A stretch of 64,000 nt of DNA, from assembly GCA_002269645.1 (NCBI GenBank), contig NIVC01000922.1:62001-126000 (forward strand), in the 5' to 3' direction. The stretch comes from Macrostomum lignano (lineage: Eukaryota). Positions 63,012 through 64,000 of the stretch are shown one piece after another. The notes below the pieces were generated by a model, which did no database searches, was not told the origin of the DNA, and saw only the letters and a program-made list of their open reading frames with translations. Position 1 is the first letter of the stretch; each line of letters begins with the position of its first letter. Position numbers and translations under genes: made by a program.

Positions 63012-63786
63012 TCAGTGGTTTCGCAAGGAGTGCAGGTTAGTGATTTTCTGTGCAATCCGGGCATTGGTTTTCAGAGTTCTCATGAAATAAATATTCTTCT
63101 ATAAAAGTCATTGGAAGCAACGTTAGTACAGAGGAGGATTCTCAAGTGTCAAGAAACTTTTCCTATCCCATTGATTTTAAGATTAGCCCTGTGAACATGT
63201 GGTGTGGACATGTTGGTATTACATTAGTAATTAGTATATAGTAATCACTAGTAATCAGTAACCCTTTTATACCTCACGAAGACAGTCCATTTACTCGGCA
63301 CCATGAATTAAAGAAGAAACGCCTTTATAATGAACTTTACCGTGATCGAACGAGCCTGCACTTAGTTTTTGTAGTTTTTCTTCTACTGCTGTTCGGTGGC
63401 GATTCAGTTCGTCAAATTCAGGTGTCCAGCTGCAACGGCGACACGGACGGCACAAAAAAAACGATGTGGAATTTAAACCGCCGGTTTTTCAGTTGTTCCT
63501 GCTGGCCTGGCGGATGGCTATAAACTTCGGTCTATGCTGCATCATGGCTTGGTGCATCCTGAGCAGAGAGATCAGTTTGCGGCGGATTGGCTATCCGCGA
63601 TGCCCGCGAAGAGGCTATACAGAGATGCTGCGATTCATGGTGCCCAGGTTCGTAATCAGACCAAGACTTTGTTTTGTTATTATTTGTAACAAGTCAAAAG
63701 GTTCATATGTACGCTCGTATTTTGTCTACTATATCGCCCCCACGAGGCTTCAACAGATTTTAGTCGATTTGAGACTAAATAAGAGA

Positions 63787-64000
63787 GGGTTGTAGAATAT
63801 TGGTTGGACTGAAAGGTCAGAGGTTCGATTTTTGACCCACTGGAGTGAATTTGTGTAATTGAGCAAGACACTTAACTCTGCATTGCTTCAGCTCACCGAA
63901 CTGTAAATGGGTGCCAGCATTAGCTGGGGTGATTGAGGGTGTGTGTGGCGACTCCCCAGTCCTTGGACTGAACAGCCGTCCGAAGCCTTTAGATGCGCCA
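63787..64000 (+). mobile_element. SINE copy 3 (cut by the window end)
   Basis: GGTTCGATT B-box plus the same CORE-like and 3' sequence. Confidence 0.85.

Noticed and set aside
63300-63650. Coding-looking tract with a possible exon (about 63491-63647)
   Set aside because: Several short frames, no recognisable motif, and no partner exon in the window.

Overview
Eukaryotic (metazoan) genomic DNA with GT-AG introns, nearly every one filled by its own minisatellite. The architecture and gene set suggest a free-living flatworm such as Macrostomum; this is inference only. Genes reconstructed by hand from splice sites and phase: (1) the 3' half of PCYT2 (+), including an 11-nt micro-exon, with a solo LTR upstream and a mariner in its 3' UTR that itself carries a 5'-truncated RTE-like retrotransposon; (2) a complete three-exon ABCA transporter (-, about 1644 aa); (3) an orphan 4-TM protein (-); (4) a head-to-head pair of DEG/ENaC channel paralogs (610 aa on -, 669 aa on +); (5) an intronless secreted-protein gene nested in intron 2 of the second channel and bracketed by two inverted MITE copies; (6) a 23-exon DUF4062-NACHT-WD40 (NWD1/NWD2-like) STAND NTPase (-, about 1755 aa) with a GC-AG intron and a nested antisense truncated fibrinogen-domain gene; (7) a split ankyrin-like ORF. 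The most interesting region is the DEG/ENaC locus (25-42 kb): shared promoter with a motif VNTR, an apparent gene-conversion tract carrying a splice-donor minisatellite, an intron gain/loss, a conserved C-terminal motif, and the MITE-bracketed nested gene. No database searches were run; family assignments rest on motifs I recognise.
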